64,000 bases of DNA from an uncultured Candidatus Saccharibacteria bacterium (GCA_965230955.1 OZ246404.1:225184-289183); one strand, 5' to 3'. Shown: positions 51,318 to 61,159, counted from the stretch's first letter. Notes: a model not told the origin generated them from the letters alone. Made by a program: numbers and translations.

Positions 51318-51381
51318 AAATTGTTGAACAAAGTATATATTCGCTTGATTCGTATTTCATCCGCATTATATTTCTATCCGT

Positions 51382-51540
51382 ATGCCACAAGAAAATCTGA
51401 TCAAATTGCAATGCAGTGAGTGTAAAAAGATCAATTACTACTCGCATCGCAATAAAAAAACTCTCAAAGAGAAGCTGACCCTAAAGAAGTATTGCAAGCA
51501 TTGCCGCAAGCGCACTTTGCATAAAGAAACCAAGAAATAA
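51382..51540 (+). CDS. rpmG: 50S ribosomal protein L33 (not in ORF track)
   Basis: MPQENLIKLQCSECKKINY..KKYCKHCRKRTLHKETKK. Confidence 0.95.
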   Translation: MPQENLIKLQCSECKKINYYSHRNKKTLKEKLTLKKYCKHCRKRTLHKETKK

Positions 51541-51590
51541 TTAGGTTATTTGAATTTTGGTTTAGGATTTACCGCGCTCGGCGCGGTTAC

Positions 51591-51665
51591 GGGGGTATAG
51601 TTTTAATGGTAAAACGCTGGTCTCCAAAACCGGTATTCTCCGTTCGAGTCGGAGTACCCCCGCCA
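51591..51665 (+). tRNA. tRNA-Trp(CCA)
   Basis: GGGGGTA/TACCCCC acceptor, CTCCAAA loop, GTTCGAG, CCA end. Confidence 0.93.
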
Positions 51666-51741
51666 CCTGCCGGCAGGCAGGCACTTCGCCCGCCGGAGGA
51701 AGGAGTGGTTTGCGATCCTAAATGACTAAAAAATTTTCAAT

Positions 51742-52680
51742 ATGACAAAAATATTCGACACGATTGTCGTCGGTACCGGCGCGGCGGGAATGACCGCCGC
51801 CATTTACGCCAAACGCTACAATTTGGATGTTTTGATGATTGGCGAGAAACGCGGCGGCACGGCGGTGGAAGCGTATAAAATAGAAAATTATCCCGGTTTT
51901 CCCGAGATTACCGGTTTGGAATTGATGGAAAAGTTTCGGGCGCATGCCGAAAAATTATCCGTGCCCATCAAAGATCATGGCGTGACCAGGCTTTCTTCGG
52001 CCGGAGATTTGTTCAATGTTACCACCGCCAACAAAGAAAATTTTCAATGCCGGACTTTGGTCCTGGCTCTGGGCACCAAACGGAAAAAACTGGAAGTTCC
52101 CGGCGAGGCGGAATTTACCGGCAAGGGCGTGGCTTATTGCGCCACTTGTGACGCGCCGTTTTTCAAAAACAAAGTGGTGGCCGTGGCCGGCGGAGGTGAC
52201 GCCGCGACAATGGCCTCGGTCTTATTGACCCAATACGCTTCGAAGGTATATTTATTGGTGCGCTCGGAAACGCTTAAGGGCGAGCCGGTTTGGATCGAGC
52301 GGGCGACTACGCATAAAAAAATAGAGGTCATTTATAACACGCAAGTGACTAAGGTGCTGGGAACTAAAATGGTGGAAGGCGTTGAGTTGGATAAACCATA
52401 TCAAGCTAAAAAAGTTTTACCGGTGCAGGGAGTTTTTGTGGAAATCGGCGCGCGTCCGGCGACGGAGCTGGCCAAAGATTTCGGTGTGGAATTAAATGAC
52501 CGATGGCGAATCAAAGTCGATAATGAGCAACGGACTAATCTGGCCGGCGTTTTTGCATCCGGTGACGTGACTGACAAAACCGGCCATTTTGAGCAAATCG
52601 TAAATTCGGCGGCTCAGGGCGCCCAGGCGGCTTATAGCGCTTTTCTTTATTTACAGGACAAGAAAAAAACCGCCAAATAA
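51742..52680 (+). CDS. trxB: Thioredoxin reductase
   Basis: VGTGAAGMTAA, IENYPG, YCATCD, GVFASGD. Confidence 0.92.
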   Translation: MTKIFDTIVVGTGAAGMTAAIYAKRYNLDVLMIGEKRGGTAVEAYKIENYPGFPEITGLELMEKFRAHAEKLSVPIKDHGVTRLSSAGDLFNVTTANKENFQCRTLVLALGTKRKKLEVPGEAEFTGKGVAYCATCDAPFFKNKVVAVAGGGDAATMASVLLTQYASKVYLLVRSETLKGEPVWIERATTHKKIEVIYNTQVTKVLGTKMVEGVELDKPYQAKKVLPVQGVFVEIGARPATELAKDFGVELNDRWRIKVDNEQRTNLAGVFASGDVTDKTGHFEQIVNSAAQGAQAAYSAFLYLQDKKKTAK

Positions 52681-52720
52681 AAACAGGCTGCCGATTGCGG
52701 TAGCCTGTGGCCGGATTCTT

Positions 52721-52951
52721 TTAGAAAAATTTTGATCGAATAAAGAATCCGAGTATCAGTGCCAGCCAGAGTGTTGTCAGCGCGAAAACCGGTATCAGGA
52801 CTAGCCACGGGTCGACCAGCATCAGGGAAAAAATTATCCCCAAGATCATAGCCACGGGAAACCCGATAAACCAGTCAGCCCGTCGTCTGGCAGTTGCCTC
52901 AGATCGGAACGGGTTTAAATACTCTTCTGCCTCCTGAAGAATCCTCTTCAT
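52721..52951 (-). CDS. Small 2-TM ORFan
   Basis: TTGACT-16-TATAAT, SD ggagg, hydrophobic C-terminal half. Confidence 0.65.
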   Translation of the reverse strand: MKRILQEAEEYLNPFRSEATARRRADWFIGFPVAMILGIIFSLMLVDPWLVLIPVFALTTLWLALILGFFIRSKFF

Positions 52952-53005
52952 ATATTTCCCTCCAATCTGGCGCAATTATATCCAATTATACTAAAAAGTC
53001 AAGCC

Positions 53006-54082
53006 ATGACTGGGAATGAAGCCAAGAAAAATTTGGTAGTGTACCAGGCTCGGATCGAGAAGAGGATCCATCAGTTTTTCGAGCGGGAAAAGAAAGAGGC
53101 CAAAAAAATCGACCCATTTCTATATCACAATGTGCTGGCCTTGGAAGAGTTGGTATGTCGTTATGGCAAGCGCTTACGTCCGGTGCTAATGATTTTTGCC
53201 TATCAGGCGGCCGGCGGTAAAGATATTGCCTCGATTGAAAAAGCGGCGGTGGCGATCGAGCTTTTTCATAACTTTCTGCTGGTGCATGACGATGTTATCG
53301 ATCAGGATTTTATGCGCCACCAAGGGCCTTCGCTACACGAGGTTTATCGGCGTTATCATCTTCAACATCACTTGGTGGGGGACTCCAGGCATTTCGGCGA
53401 ATCAGTCGCTATAATCTTGGGTGATATTCTTGCTTCTTATTGCAATCGTATTTTGATTAACAGCCATTTCACCGTGCCCCAGCGGCACGCTGTTTTATTA
53501 CAAGTGAGTCAGGTCACGAAAGAAGTCGGTTATGGGCAAAATTTCGACATTTTGGCCGGGGCGAAAAAAAAGATAACGGAAAAGGAAGTTTTGCGGATCC
53601 ATTATTATAAAACGGCAAAATATACAATCGAAAATCCCATCATGGTCGGCGGTATTTTCGGCGCCATGAAGCCGTCCGTCTTGAAGCAGTTGTCCCGTTA
53701 CGCGATTCCTTTGGGGATCGCTTTCCAGATTCAGGATGATATTTTGGGTATGTTTGCCGATGAAAAAAAATTAGGCAAGCCGGTCGGTTCGGATTTGCGA
53801 GAAGGTAAACAGACTCTGTTGGTAACTCGAGTCTTGGCCGGCGGCACGGCTGCTCAGAAAAAACGTTTCCGGCAATTGCTGGGCCAGCCTCATTTGACGA
53901 TGAGGGAGATAGATGACGCCCGGGAGATAATTGTGGCTACGGGAGCACTGGAGTATTCTAAACGACTGGCTAAAAAATACGCGATGCAAGCCAAACGCAT
54001 TATTCGACGGATAAGTTTGCACGGCCGAGGCAAAGAATTTTTAGAAGGAATCGCCAATTATATCATTGAACGGGAACTTTAA
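53006..54082 (+). CDS. Trans-polyprenyl diphosphate synthase (IdsA/GGPPS-like)
   Basis: GKRLRP, LVHDDVID, KTAKY, FQIQDD, SDLREGK. Confidence 0.93.
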   Translation: MTGNEAKKNLVVYQARIEKRIHQFFEREKKEAKKIDPFLYHNVLALEELVCRYGKRLRPVLMIFAYQAAGGKDIASIEKAAVAIELFHNFLLVHDDVIDQDFMRHQGPSLHEVYRRYHLQHHLVGDSRHFGESVAIILGDILASYCNRILINSHFTVPQRHAVLLQVSQVTKEVGYGQNFDILAGAKKKITEKEVLRIHYYKTAKYTIENPIMVGGIFGAMKPSVLKQLSRYAIPLGIAFQIQDDILGMFADEKKLGKPVGSDLREGKQTLLVTRVLAGGTAAQKKRFRQLLGQPHLTMREIDDAREIIVATGALEYSKRLAKKYAMQAKRIIRRISLHGRGKEFLEGIANYIIEREL

Positions 54083-54918
54083 TGAAAGTAAATTTGGCCC
54101 AGAGTGCTGGTTTTTGCGCCGGTGTGAAACGCGCCGTCCAGTTGGCGTTAAAAGATGCGGCATTGTTCCCGGGCCGCATTTTTATGTTGGGTGATATTGT
54201 CCACAATGCCGTGGTGGTGGACAAATTACAGCGCGCGGGAATAAAAGTCGTGAAGTCGCTTAGTCAGATCCCGCGCGGTTCCACAATTTTGATTCGAGCC
54301 CATGGCAGCCGCCCGTCCGTATATCGGGCCGCGCGCCGGCGGGGATTGCGAATTGTTGATGCCACTTGTCCGATGGTCGCGGAAATTCACCATCAGGCGA
54401 TAAAATTACAAAAAGCGGGGTTGACCGTGGCCATTATCGGAGATGCCAAGCACGATGAAGTGCTGGGTATCGCCGGCGAGCTAAAGCATCCTTTCATTCT
54501 TTCGCGAGAGGAAGATGTCGAAAAACTTCCCCGCTCGACGAAGAAAATCGGATTGGTGGTTCAGTCGACTCAGAGCTTGGCGCAGGTAAAAAAAATCGTG
54601 AGCGCCTTGCTGGATCGGTTCGCCGATGTCCGTTTGATTAATACTATTTGCGCGCCGACGCTGGCGCACCAGAGAGAAATTTATCGTCTGCCCGGAGAAA
54701 ATGACGCGATTGTCATTGTCGGGTCCAGAAAAAGTGCCAATACCAAACGATTATTTGAAATAGCCGCTTCGCTCAATCATCGGACTTATTGGATTGAGAC
54801 CGCCTCGGATTTAAAACGTCTTTGGTTTAAAGGGGTAAAAAAGATCGGAGTAACAGCCGGCGCCTCCACGCCGGATGAAGTCATCAAGAAAGTCGTTACG
54901 ACATTGAAAGGATACTAA
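54082..54918 (+). CDS. ispH: HMBPP reductase
   Basis: GFCAGV, IVHN, RAHG, DATCP, QST, NTIC, SANT, TAGASTP. Confidence 0.96.
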   Translation: MKVNLAQSAGFCAGVKRAVQLALKDAALFPGRIFMLGDIVHNAVVVDKLQRAGIKVVKSLSQIPRGSTILIRAHGSRPSVYRAARRRGLRIVDATCPMVAEIHHQAIKLQKAGLTVAIIGDAKHDEVLGIAGELKHPFILSREEDVEKLPRSTKKIGLVVQSTQSLAQVKKIVSALLDRFADVRLINTICAPTLAHQREIYRLPGENDAIVIVGSRKSANTKRLFEIAASLNHRTYWIETASDLKRLWFKGVKKIGVTAGASTPDEVIKKVVTTLKGY

Positions 54919-54919
54919 T

Positions 54920-55972
54920 ATGATCTCAAGACGCAAAACCAGGCCGGCCAGAGTGGGTAAATTGGTGATCGGCGGATCCGCGCCGGTTTCCGTTCAGACA
55001 ATGACGAATACAAAGACCAGTGATGTCGTGGCTACGGTGCGGCAGATAAAAGAAGTGGAATCGGCGGGTGCCGATCTGGTGCGCGTGGCGGTGCCGGATA
55101 TGGCTTCGGCCCGAGCCATCGGGGCGATCAAAAAGAGAATAAAAATACCGCTGGTGGCCGATATTCATTTTGATTATCTTTTGGCTCTGGAGTCAATCAA
55201 ACAGGGAATTGATAAATTGCGGATCAATCCCGGTAATATCGGTTCGCCCGACCGCGTTAAAGCTGTCGTGCTGGCGGCGAAGAAGAAAAAAATACCTATC
55301 CGGATCGGCGTCAATCTGGGATCGCTGGAACCGGCTATTCTGAAACGCCGGGGGCGCACCGCGGCGGCGATGGTACAGTCGGCTTTGGGACATATTCGGT
55401 TGTTGGAGAAATATGGTTTCCGAGACATCATTATTGCCATGAAGGCGAGCAATGTGGAGCGCACGGTAGACGCTTATGAATCATTGGCGCGCCGAGTTGA
55501 TTATCCTTTCCATTTGGGGATCACTGAGGCCGGGACAACTTTTTCCGGCACAATCAAGTCGAGTATCGGGTTGGGGAGTCTCTTGCTGAAAGGTATCGGC
55601 GATACTTTACGGGTATCTCTGACCGGTCCGCTACGGGAAGAAATTGCCGTCGGGCAGGAAATTTTACAGTCATTGGGATTACGTCAGTTTAAGGTATCGA
55701 TTACCAGCTGTCCCACTTGCGCCCGGACGACGATCGAGGTGGAAAAATTGGCGAAGCAGTTAGAAAAAAAATTATCCGGCGTGAAACGTCCGCTACATTT
55801 GGCGGTTATGGGTTGCGTCGTCAATGGTCCCGGCGAGGCGGCCGAAGCCGATTTGGGGATTACGGGCGTGAAAGGCCAAGCGGTTTTGTTTAAAAAAGGG
55901 AAAATTTATAAAACAGTGCCCGTTTCTCGGGCAATAGCATTGTTACTTGCTGAAATTAAGAAGTTGGGATAA
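54920..55972 (+). CDS. ispG: HMBPP synthase
   Basis: VADIHF, RINPGNIG, HLGITEAG, CPTCAR, MGCVVNGPGEA. Confidence 0.96.
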   Translation: MISRRKTRPARVGKLVIGGSAPVSVQTMTNTKTSDVVATVRQIKEVESAGADLVRVAVPDMASARAIGAIKKRIKIPLVADIHFDYLLALESIKQGIDKLRINPGNIGSPDRVKAVVLAAKKKKIPIRIGVNLGSLEPAILKRRGRTAAAMVQSALGHIRLLEKYGFRDIIIAMKASNVERTVDAYESLARRVDYPFHLGITEAGTTFSGTIKSSIGLGSLLLKGIGDTLRVSLTGPLREEIAVGQEILQSLGLRQFKVSITSCPTCARTTIEVEKLAKQLEKKLSGVKRPLHLAVMGCVVNGPGEAAEADLGITGVKGQAVLFKKGKIYKTVPVSRAIALLLAEIKKLG

Positions 55973-56026
55973 ATTAGTTTATAAGCCTGTCACCGGATCA
56001 CGACGAGCTCGGTCTAGTCGCAGGCA

Positions 56027-56080
56027 GGTCTTTGGTCTTTCGTCTTTAGCCAAAGACCAAAGACTAATGACCAAAGACTA
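56027..56080. repeat. Inverted heptamer hairpin (GTCTTTG)n / (CAAAGAC)n
   Basis: ggtctttggtctttcgtctttag-ccaaagaccaaagactaatgaccaaagac. Confidence 0.85.
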
Positions 56081-56081
56081 T

Positions 56082-56843
56082 ATGGATACATTCGCCTTGG
56101 CTAAAACTGAAGCCTTCAATCTATTGCAATCCAAAGCCGGTACGCAAGCGGTTGATTTGGTGGTGCCTAAGCATATTGGGATCATCATGGATGGCAATCG
56201 TCGCTGGGCGGAAGCGCGCGGTTTGGCGCGGGCCAAGGGGCATGAAGCGGGAGCGGTGGCGCTGGAACAGCTCACCGATTATGCCGCTAGGATCGGAGTG
56301 GAGGCCTTGACGGTCTATGCCTTTTCCACTGAAAACTGGCAAAGTCGAACCAAGATGGAAATTCGCGAATTGTTCGGTCTGATTAAATTGGTGCTCCGGC
56401 GCCGTCTCAAAAAGATGCAGGCAAATGGGGTCGTGCTGGGGCTGATCGGCGATATCCAAAGATTTCCTTTGAATTTACGGCGGGTTTTGTTTCATGCCAA
56501 GGAAGTCCTGAAGAAAAACAACCGGATCAAATTAAATTTGGCTCTAAATTACGGCGGACGGGATGAAATCTTGCGCGCGTTTAAAAAAATCACCGAGAAA
56601 AAAGTTTCAGCGAAGGAAATAAATGAGGAATTACTGGCTAAACATTTGGATACCGGCGGTTTGCCGGAGCCGGACTTGATCATTCGCACCGGCGGACGTC
56701 AGCGACTAAGCAATTTTCTGGTCTGGCAGTGTACTTACAGCGAGCTGTATTTTACCGACGCGCTTTGGCCGGATTTCGGTCCGGACGAGTTGGACAAGGC
56801 GATCCTGTACTATAGTCAGTGCGAAAGAAATTTCGGGAAATAA
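56082..56843 (+). CDS. uppS: Undecaprenyl diphosphate synthase
   Basis: IIMDGNRRWA, FSTENW, NYGGRDE, RTGG.QRLSNFL. Confidence 0.95.
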   Translation: MDTFALAKTEAFNLLQSKAGTQAVDLVVPKHIGIIMDGNRRWAEARGLARAKGHEAGAVALEQLTDYAARIGVEALTVYAFSTENWQSRTKMEIRELFGLIKLVLRRRLKKMQANGVVLGLIGDIQRFPLNLRRVLFHAKEVLKKNNRIKLNLALNYGGRDEILRAFKKITEKKVSAKEINEELLAKHLDTGGLPEPDLIIRTGGRQRLSNFLVWQCTYSELYFTDALWPDFGPDELDKAILYYSQCERNFGK

Positions 56844-56850
56844 CCGAACG

Positions 56851-56891
56851 ATAACAAACCCGCCCGCCGAATCGGCGGGCGGGTTTGTTAT
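56851..56891. terminator. Palindrome / bidirectional terminator with GCCCGCCGAWTCGGCGGGC core
   Basis: ataacaaacccgcccgccga-a-tcggcgggcgggtttgttat. Confidence 0.8.
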
Positions 56892-56894
56892 GTT

Positions 56895-57812
56895 TTATTT
56901 TTCCCGATTGGACATTCGCGATTTGTCGTTTGACTGCGGCGGCATCGGTTGCGTCTGAACCGGTATTTCCGGCGAGCGTCCCGGACGCAAACTGGCACCT
57001 CGCTCCTGTTGCTGTTTCCAGTAGGGTGAGGTATTCACTTCTTGCGGGTTTTCTTGAGAGATCAGCCCGATTTGGTCTTTGAGCGTGTCTTTGCCCAAAA
57101 CCTTGAATTCTTGGCGTGTGGGGAGGTGTCCTTTGTCTTTCTTGAAACTGAGGAAGCTTTGCTTCAATCGTTCAATCTGCCTGCCCAGCGTATCTTCCGA
57201 AATTATCCGCGATCCTTTGAATATATCATTCAAATCAACGAGGCTGGCCGGTTTTTCCGGAATTTCCCCGTTGTTATTTTCCATTTCTGTGAAAAGTTTG
57301 TCCAGTGCTTGGGCTAGTTTTTCCTGCAGGTATTCGGCGGTTTGTTCGCGGGTGGCTTCGACTCTGATCGGTGCTTCGTGGGGGAGGCGAGGACGTTTTT
57401 CGGCCACCGGTTGTTCCTCGATTTTTCCTTTTTCCGGAGGTTGTCCCTCGGGAATTTCCGGCTCGGGCTGGGGCTGTCTTTTTTCTCCGGTGTTGTCCAA
57501 TTGTTGCCGAATTTCTTCTTGCTTTCCTTCCAGTTCGCGGACTTCCTCGACCGTTTGCGGCTCTTCGCTGAATTCTGCCGGCGGCTCGGGAAATTCCTGC
57601 TGGAAAGTTTGTTCCGTTTGTTCGAGATTTTGTTTGTCTTCTTGGGCGGCCGGTCGCAGATCGGTCAGTGTTTCATCAATGTAATTGGCTTGTTCTTCCA
57701 AGCGTTCTTCTTCGGTGAAAGGCGGTTCGGACGGTTTTCCCTCTTGTCCTTCGGCGGATTGTTCTTGCTCCAGGCTGTCCGGAGTTTCCGGACTGTAATC
57801 TTTTGAAGTCAT
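56895..57812 (-). CDS. Acidic E/Q/P-rich hypothetical protein
   Basis: 305-aa ORF, low-complexity N-terminal half. Confidence 0.7.
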   Translation of the reverse strand: MTSKDYSPETPDSLEQEQSAEGQEGKPSEPPFTEEERLEEQANYIDETLTDLRPAAQEDKQNLEQTEQTFQQEFPEPPAEFSEEPQTVEEVRELEGKQEEIRQQLDNTGEKRQPQPEPEIPEGQPPEKGKIEEQPVAEKRPRLPHEAPIRVEATREQTAEYLQEKLAQALDKLFTEMENNNGEIPEKPASLVDLNDIFKGSRIISEDTLGRQIERLKQSFLSFKKDKGHLPTRQEFKVLGKDTLKDQIGLISQENPQEVNTSPYWKQQQERGASLRPGRSPEIPVQTQPMPPQSNDKSRMSNREK

Positions 57813-57892
57813 ATGTTTTTGATTAGGAAAAGTAGCATCTTTATTATGTTTTAAAAAGACATCACTGTCAATCTTGGCGGAAGCATTATTAG

Positions 57893-58522
57893 ATGCTAGA
57901 CTTCACCAATATGATGGATAAATTAATCGACAAATTGGTTGCTGACGGGAAGCTGAAAACCCCCGTTATTATTCAAGCCTGGCGTCAAATCGACCGTGTC
58001 GACTTTGTGGCTGAGGATCAGAAACTTCATGCTTACGAGGATCGGCCCTTGTCGATCGGTTTCGGCCAGACAATTTCCCAACCGACCACGGTGGCTTTCA
58101 TGTTGGAATTATTGGATCCGCGTCCGGGACAAAAGATTTTGGACGTGGGTACCGGTTCGGCTTGGCAATCTGCCTTGCTGGGTCAGATAGTGGGCGAGTC
58201 GGGGAAAGTATACGGCGTTGAAAGAATTGAGACATTGCGGGCTCTCGGACAGAGTCGCCTTAAGCGCGCGGGCGTCAAAAACGTGGAAATCAATTTAGCG
58301 GTCAATCCGGTTGGCTGGCCGGCTGAAGCGCCCTATGATCGGATCATTTGCGCTGCGGCCGCGTCCGAGGCGCCGCGTGAACTTTTGGCACAGCTGAAAA
58401 TAAAGGGCAAAGCCGTTCTGCCGATCAATAACAGTATTTTCTATTTTGAGCGTAAAACTAAAGACGATTTTATTTCCCGGGAGTATCCGGGGTTTATGTT
58501 TGTACCCTTAATTAGTCGTTAG
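57893..58522 (+). CDS. pcm: Protein-L-isoaspartate O-methyltransferase
   Basis: GQTISQP, LDVGTGSAW, APYDRI, FVPL. Confidence 0.93.
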   Translation: MLDFTNMMDKLIDKLVADGKLKTPVIIQAWRQIDRVDFVAEDQKLHAYEDRPLSIGFGQTISQPTTVAFMLELLDPRPGQKILDVGTGSAWQSALLGQIVGESGKVYGVERIETLRALGQSRLKRAGVKNVEINLAVNPVGWPAEAPYDRIICAAAASEAPRELLAQLKIKGKAVLPINNSIFYFERKTKDDFISREYPGFMFVPLISR

Positions 58523-58610
58523 TCATTGGTCTTTAGTCTTTAGCCGGCAAATACCACGCGAAACGGATTTTTGAAAGCTAAAGACAAAAGACCAAAGACA
58601 AAAGACCAAT
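58514..58610. repeat. Inverted heptamer hairpin (GTCTTTA)n / (AAAGACN)n
   Basis: gtcattggtctttagtctttagc ... gctaaagacaaaagaccaaagacaaaagacc. Confidence 0.85.
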
Positions 58611-58613
58611 CTC

Positions 58614-59696
58614 ATGAAAATCGTCATCTTTGCCGGCGGGGCGGGTACCAGGCTGTGGCCGCTCAGCCGCAAAAAAACACCCAAGCAATTCGATCCCATG
58701 TTTGAGGGCAAATCTACGCTCCAGCTGGCGGGGGAAAGGATCAAAAAGCTGGTTAGCTGGAGTGATGTTTATATTTCCACGCTGGATCAATATGCGCCGA
58801 TCGTTCGTCAGCAACTGCCGGAAATTCCCGATGAAAATATCATTACCGAGCCGGCTCGTCGGGATGTGGCTCCGGCAATCGGTTTGGCGATGATGAAGTT
58901 GCGTGATGTCGGCTCGGAACCGGTGGCGATTCTGTGGAGCGATCATTTGATGGATCGGCCCAAAGCTTTTCGGCGGGGATTGACGGTGGCGGAAAGTTTG
59001 ATCAAAAAAGATCCAGAGCGATTTATTTTCTTTGGCGAGCGGCCGCGGTATGCCGAACAAAATTTAGGCTGGATTCATATCGGAGCGATTCAACAAAAAA
59101 ACAAAGGGATTCCTCTGCGGTCTTTTCGGGGCTGGTTTTACCGGCCGCCCTTGATCAAATGCCGGAAAATGTTCGCTTCCAAGAAGTGGATTTGGAATCC
59201 GGGGTATTGGGTGACGACGCCGAATTTTGTGCTGGAGCAATTCCGTCTCAAACAGCCGGCGATGTATCGCCAATTGCAAACTATCGGACGAGCTCTGGGG
59301 ACTTCACGCGAGGGAAAAGTTTTAAAGCGCGTTTATCCGACTCTGGAAAAAGTTCATTTTGACAATGCTATCTTGGAAAAAATGAAGCCGAGCCAGGCCG
59401 TGGTTCTGCAATTGGATATGGGCTGGAGCGATCCCGGGACTCTTTACGCCATCAAAGAAGCCCTGCAAGCGTCAAAGTTAGCCAATGTTACCCGCGGCGC
59501 GGTTTTACCGTTTAATACCAAGGATTGTCTGCTCTTTAATGATGAACCGAAAAAATTATTAGCGGCGGTCGGTTTGGAAGGTATCATTGTGGTAGAAACA
59601 AAAGATGCTCTCTTGGTTGTGCATAAGGATCGTGTCCCGGAAGTGAAAAAAATGGTAGAATCTCTGGAGCACACTTCCTGGTCTCATTTGCTATAA
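58614..59696 (+). CDS. manC: Mannose-1-phosphate guanylyltransferase-like protein
   Basis: FAGGAGTRLWPLSR..PKQF, EP.RRD.APAI, SDH, GWSD.G. Confidence 0.85.
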   Translation: MKIVIFAGGAGTRLWPLSRKKTPKQFDPMFEGKSTLQLAGERIKKLVSWSDVYISTLDQYAPIVRQQLPEIPDENIITEPARRDVAPAIGLAMMKLRDVGSEPVAILWSDHLMDRPKAFRRGLTVAESLIKKDPERFIFFGERPRYAEQNLGWIHIGAIQQKNKGIPLRSFRGWFYRPPLIKCRKMFASKKWIWNPGYWVTTPNFVLEQFRLKQPAMYRQLQTIGRALGTSREGKVLKRVYPTLEKVHFDNAILEKMKPSQAVVLQLDMGWSDPGTLYAIKEALQASKLANVTRGAVLPFNTKDCLLFNDEPKKLLAAVGLEGIIVVETKDALLVVHKDRVPEVKKMVESLEHTSWSHLL

Positions 59697-59705
59697 ATTT
59701 TTACG

Positions 59706-60812
59706 ATGCTCAATCTTCCCGACACCGAAAGTCCGACGGCCGGCCCGACTCGGCGTAAGTTATTTATCTTGATCGCTGTCGTTGTAGCGATTTTTTTGGT
59801 ACTGGCGATCGGTTATCTCTGGATGGAATATGCGGTCAAGACGCCGCTTGATCAGAATAACGCTCCCACCAAAAAAATCACCGTGTCGGCGGGATCGGGC
59901 GTGGCCGAAATCGGTGATCAGCTGGTGGATCAGCAAATAATTTCCGGCACCCTGCCTTTTAAATACTACGTTTGGAAGACCGGTAAAAAGAAAGATTTCA
60001 AAGCCGGTATTTATGAAATCAGTCCCAGCCAAAACATCATTGAAATCACGGATTCATTGAGCGGCGTTATGTCGGGTGAGATCCGGGTGACTGTCGTCGA
60101 AGGTTGGTCGAACAAGGCAATTCGGACGGTCTTGAGCGAGAAAATGTCCCTGCCGGCGGAAGGACAAGCTATCACCTTAGCCCAAAGAGAGGCCAAAGAC
60201 CGAGATTTTGATGAAGCGGTCAGCGCCCAATATAATTATGATTGGCTGAATGATGTCCCGCCCTCCCAAAAATTGGAAGGCTATTTGTTCCCGGATACTT
60301 ATCGTTTTTTCCGTGAAGCGCCCATGACGGAAGTGGTGGGAAAAATGTTGCATAACTTCGACCAAAAATTAACCGATGAGCGCCGAGAAAAAATCGTCGC
60401 CAGCGGTTGGACGATTAATCAGGTGATTACTCTCGCCAGTATCGTGCAAAAAGAATCGGTTGATGAAGATATGCCGAAAATCGCCGGAGTTTTTATCCGG
60501 CGTCTCCAAGAAAACCGGCGTTTGGAATCCGATGCCACGGTCAACTATGTTACCGGAAAGGGGGAGCGCCAGCCGTCGCTTGAGGATACGCGCCTGGATT
60601 CGCCCTATAATACTTATCGCCATGAAGGTTTGCCGCCCGGGCCGATTTGTAATCCGGGTCTGACCGCGATCGATGCGGTCTTGAATCCCGAAACGACCGA
60701 ATATCGGTATTTTCTCAATGCTCCGGACGGGCGGACTATTTACAGCCGGACTTATGAGGAGCACCTGGATAACAAGAAAAAATATCTGGATCAGGCGGAA
60801 GAGATCGAATAA
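59706..60812 (+). CDS. mltG: Endolytic transglycosylase MltG
   Basis: LEGYLFPDTY, ASIVQKE, LESDATV, SPYNTY..GLPPGPICNPG. Confidence 0.94.
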   Translation: MLNLPDTESPTAGPTRRKLFILIAVVVAIFLVLAIGYLWMEYAVKTPLDQNNAPTKKITVSAGSGVAEIGDQLVDQQIISGTLPFKYYVWKTGKKKDFKAGIYEISPSQNIIEITDSLSGVMSGEIRVTVVEGWSNKAIRTVLSEKMSLPAEGQAITLAQREAKDRDFDEAVSAQYNYDWLNDVPPSQKLEGYLFPDTYRFFREAPMTEVVGKMLHNFDQKLTDERREKIVASGWTINQVITLASIVQKESVDEDMPKIAGVFIRRLQENRRLESDATVNYVTGKGERQPSLEDTRLDSPYNTYRHEGLPPGPICNPGLTAIDAVLNPETTEYRYFLNAPDGRTIYSRTYEEHLDNKKKYLDQAEEIE

Positions 60813-60870
60813 ATAAGCCTTTCTTGACAGTGCCCGGGTATCTGTTACAATCTACTCACAACCTACTAAT

Positions 60871-61062
60871 CGCGTCCGTAGACCGTCGGTGTCCCTTATC
60901 TAAGGGAATAAATCCGACGCAGGCGTTGAGTAAGAACATTAAGAATATTAAGATATTAAGAATGTTAAGAGTTGGGTGGCCATCATAACTCCAACCTCTT
61001 AATTATCTTAATATCTTAATACTCTTAATATCTTATTTCGCCTGCGGATGCAGGCATTTTTT
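60871..61062 (+). ncRNA. L10 leader (rplJ attenuator) containing a repeat hairpin
   Basis: TTGACA-16-TACAAT; agaccgtcggtg..taaatccgacgcaggcg core; cgcctgcggatgcaggcatttttt terminator. Confidence 0.75.
60930..61036. repeat. Inverted 8/9-mer hairpin (ATATTAAG)n / (CTTAATAT)n
   Basis: taagaacattaagaatattaagatattaagaatgttaagag ... ctcttaattatcttaatatcttaatactcttaatatctta. Confidence 0.85.
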
Positions 61063-61104
61063 AATCCACCTTCACCCCTCGATGACTCGGGGCTTCGGTG
61101 GATT
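61063..61104. repeat. REP-like palindrome
   Basis: aatccaccttcacccc..ggggcttcggtggatt; same family as 51075-51105. Confidence 0.6.
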
Positions 61105-61159
61105 TCCGCCTGAAAGTTATTATTAATCTTCGGCCCTGGGCCGTACATGCTTCAATCAT

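Noticed and set aside
51591-51665. Alternative genetic code (UGA recoding)
   Set aside because: Core genes read full length in the standard code, TGA ends genes at expected places (e.g. rpsB, gatB), and tRNA-Trp has a CCA anticodon.
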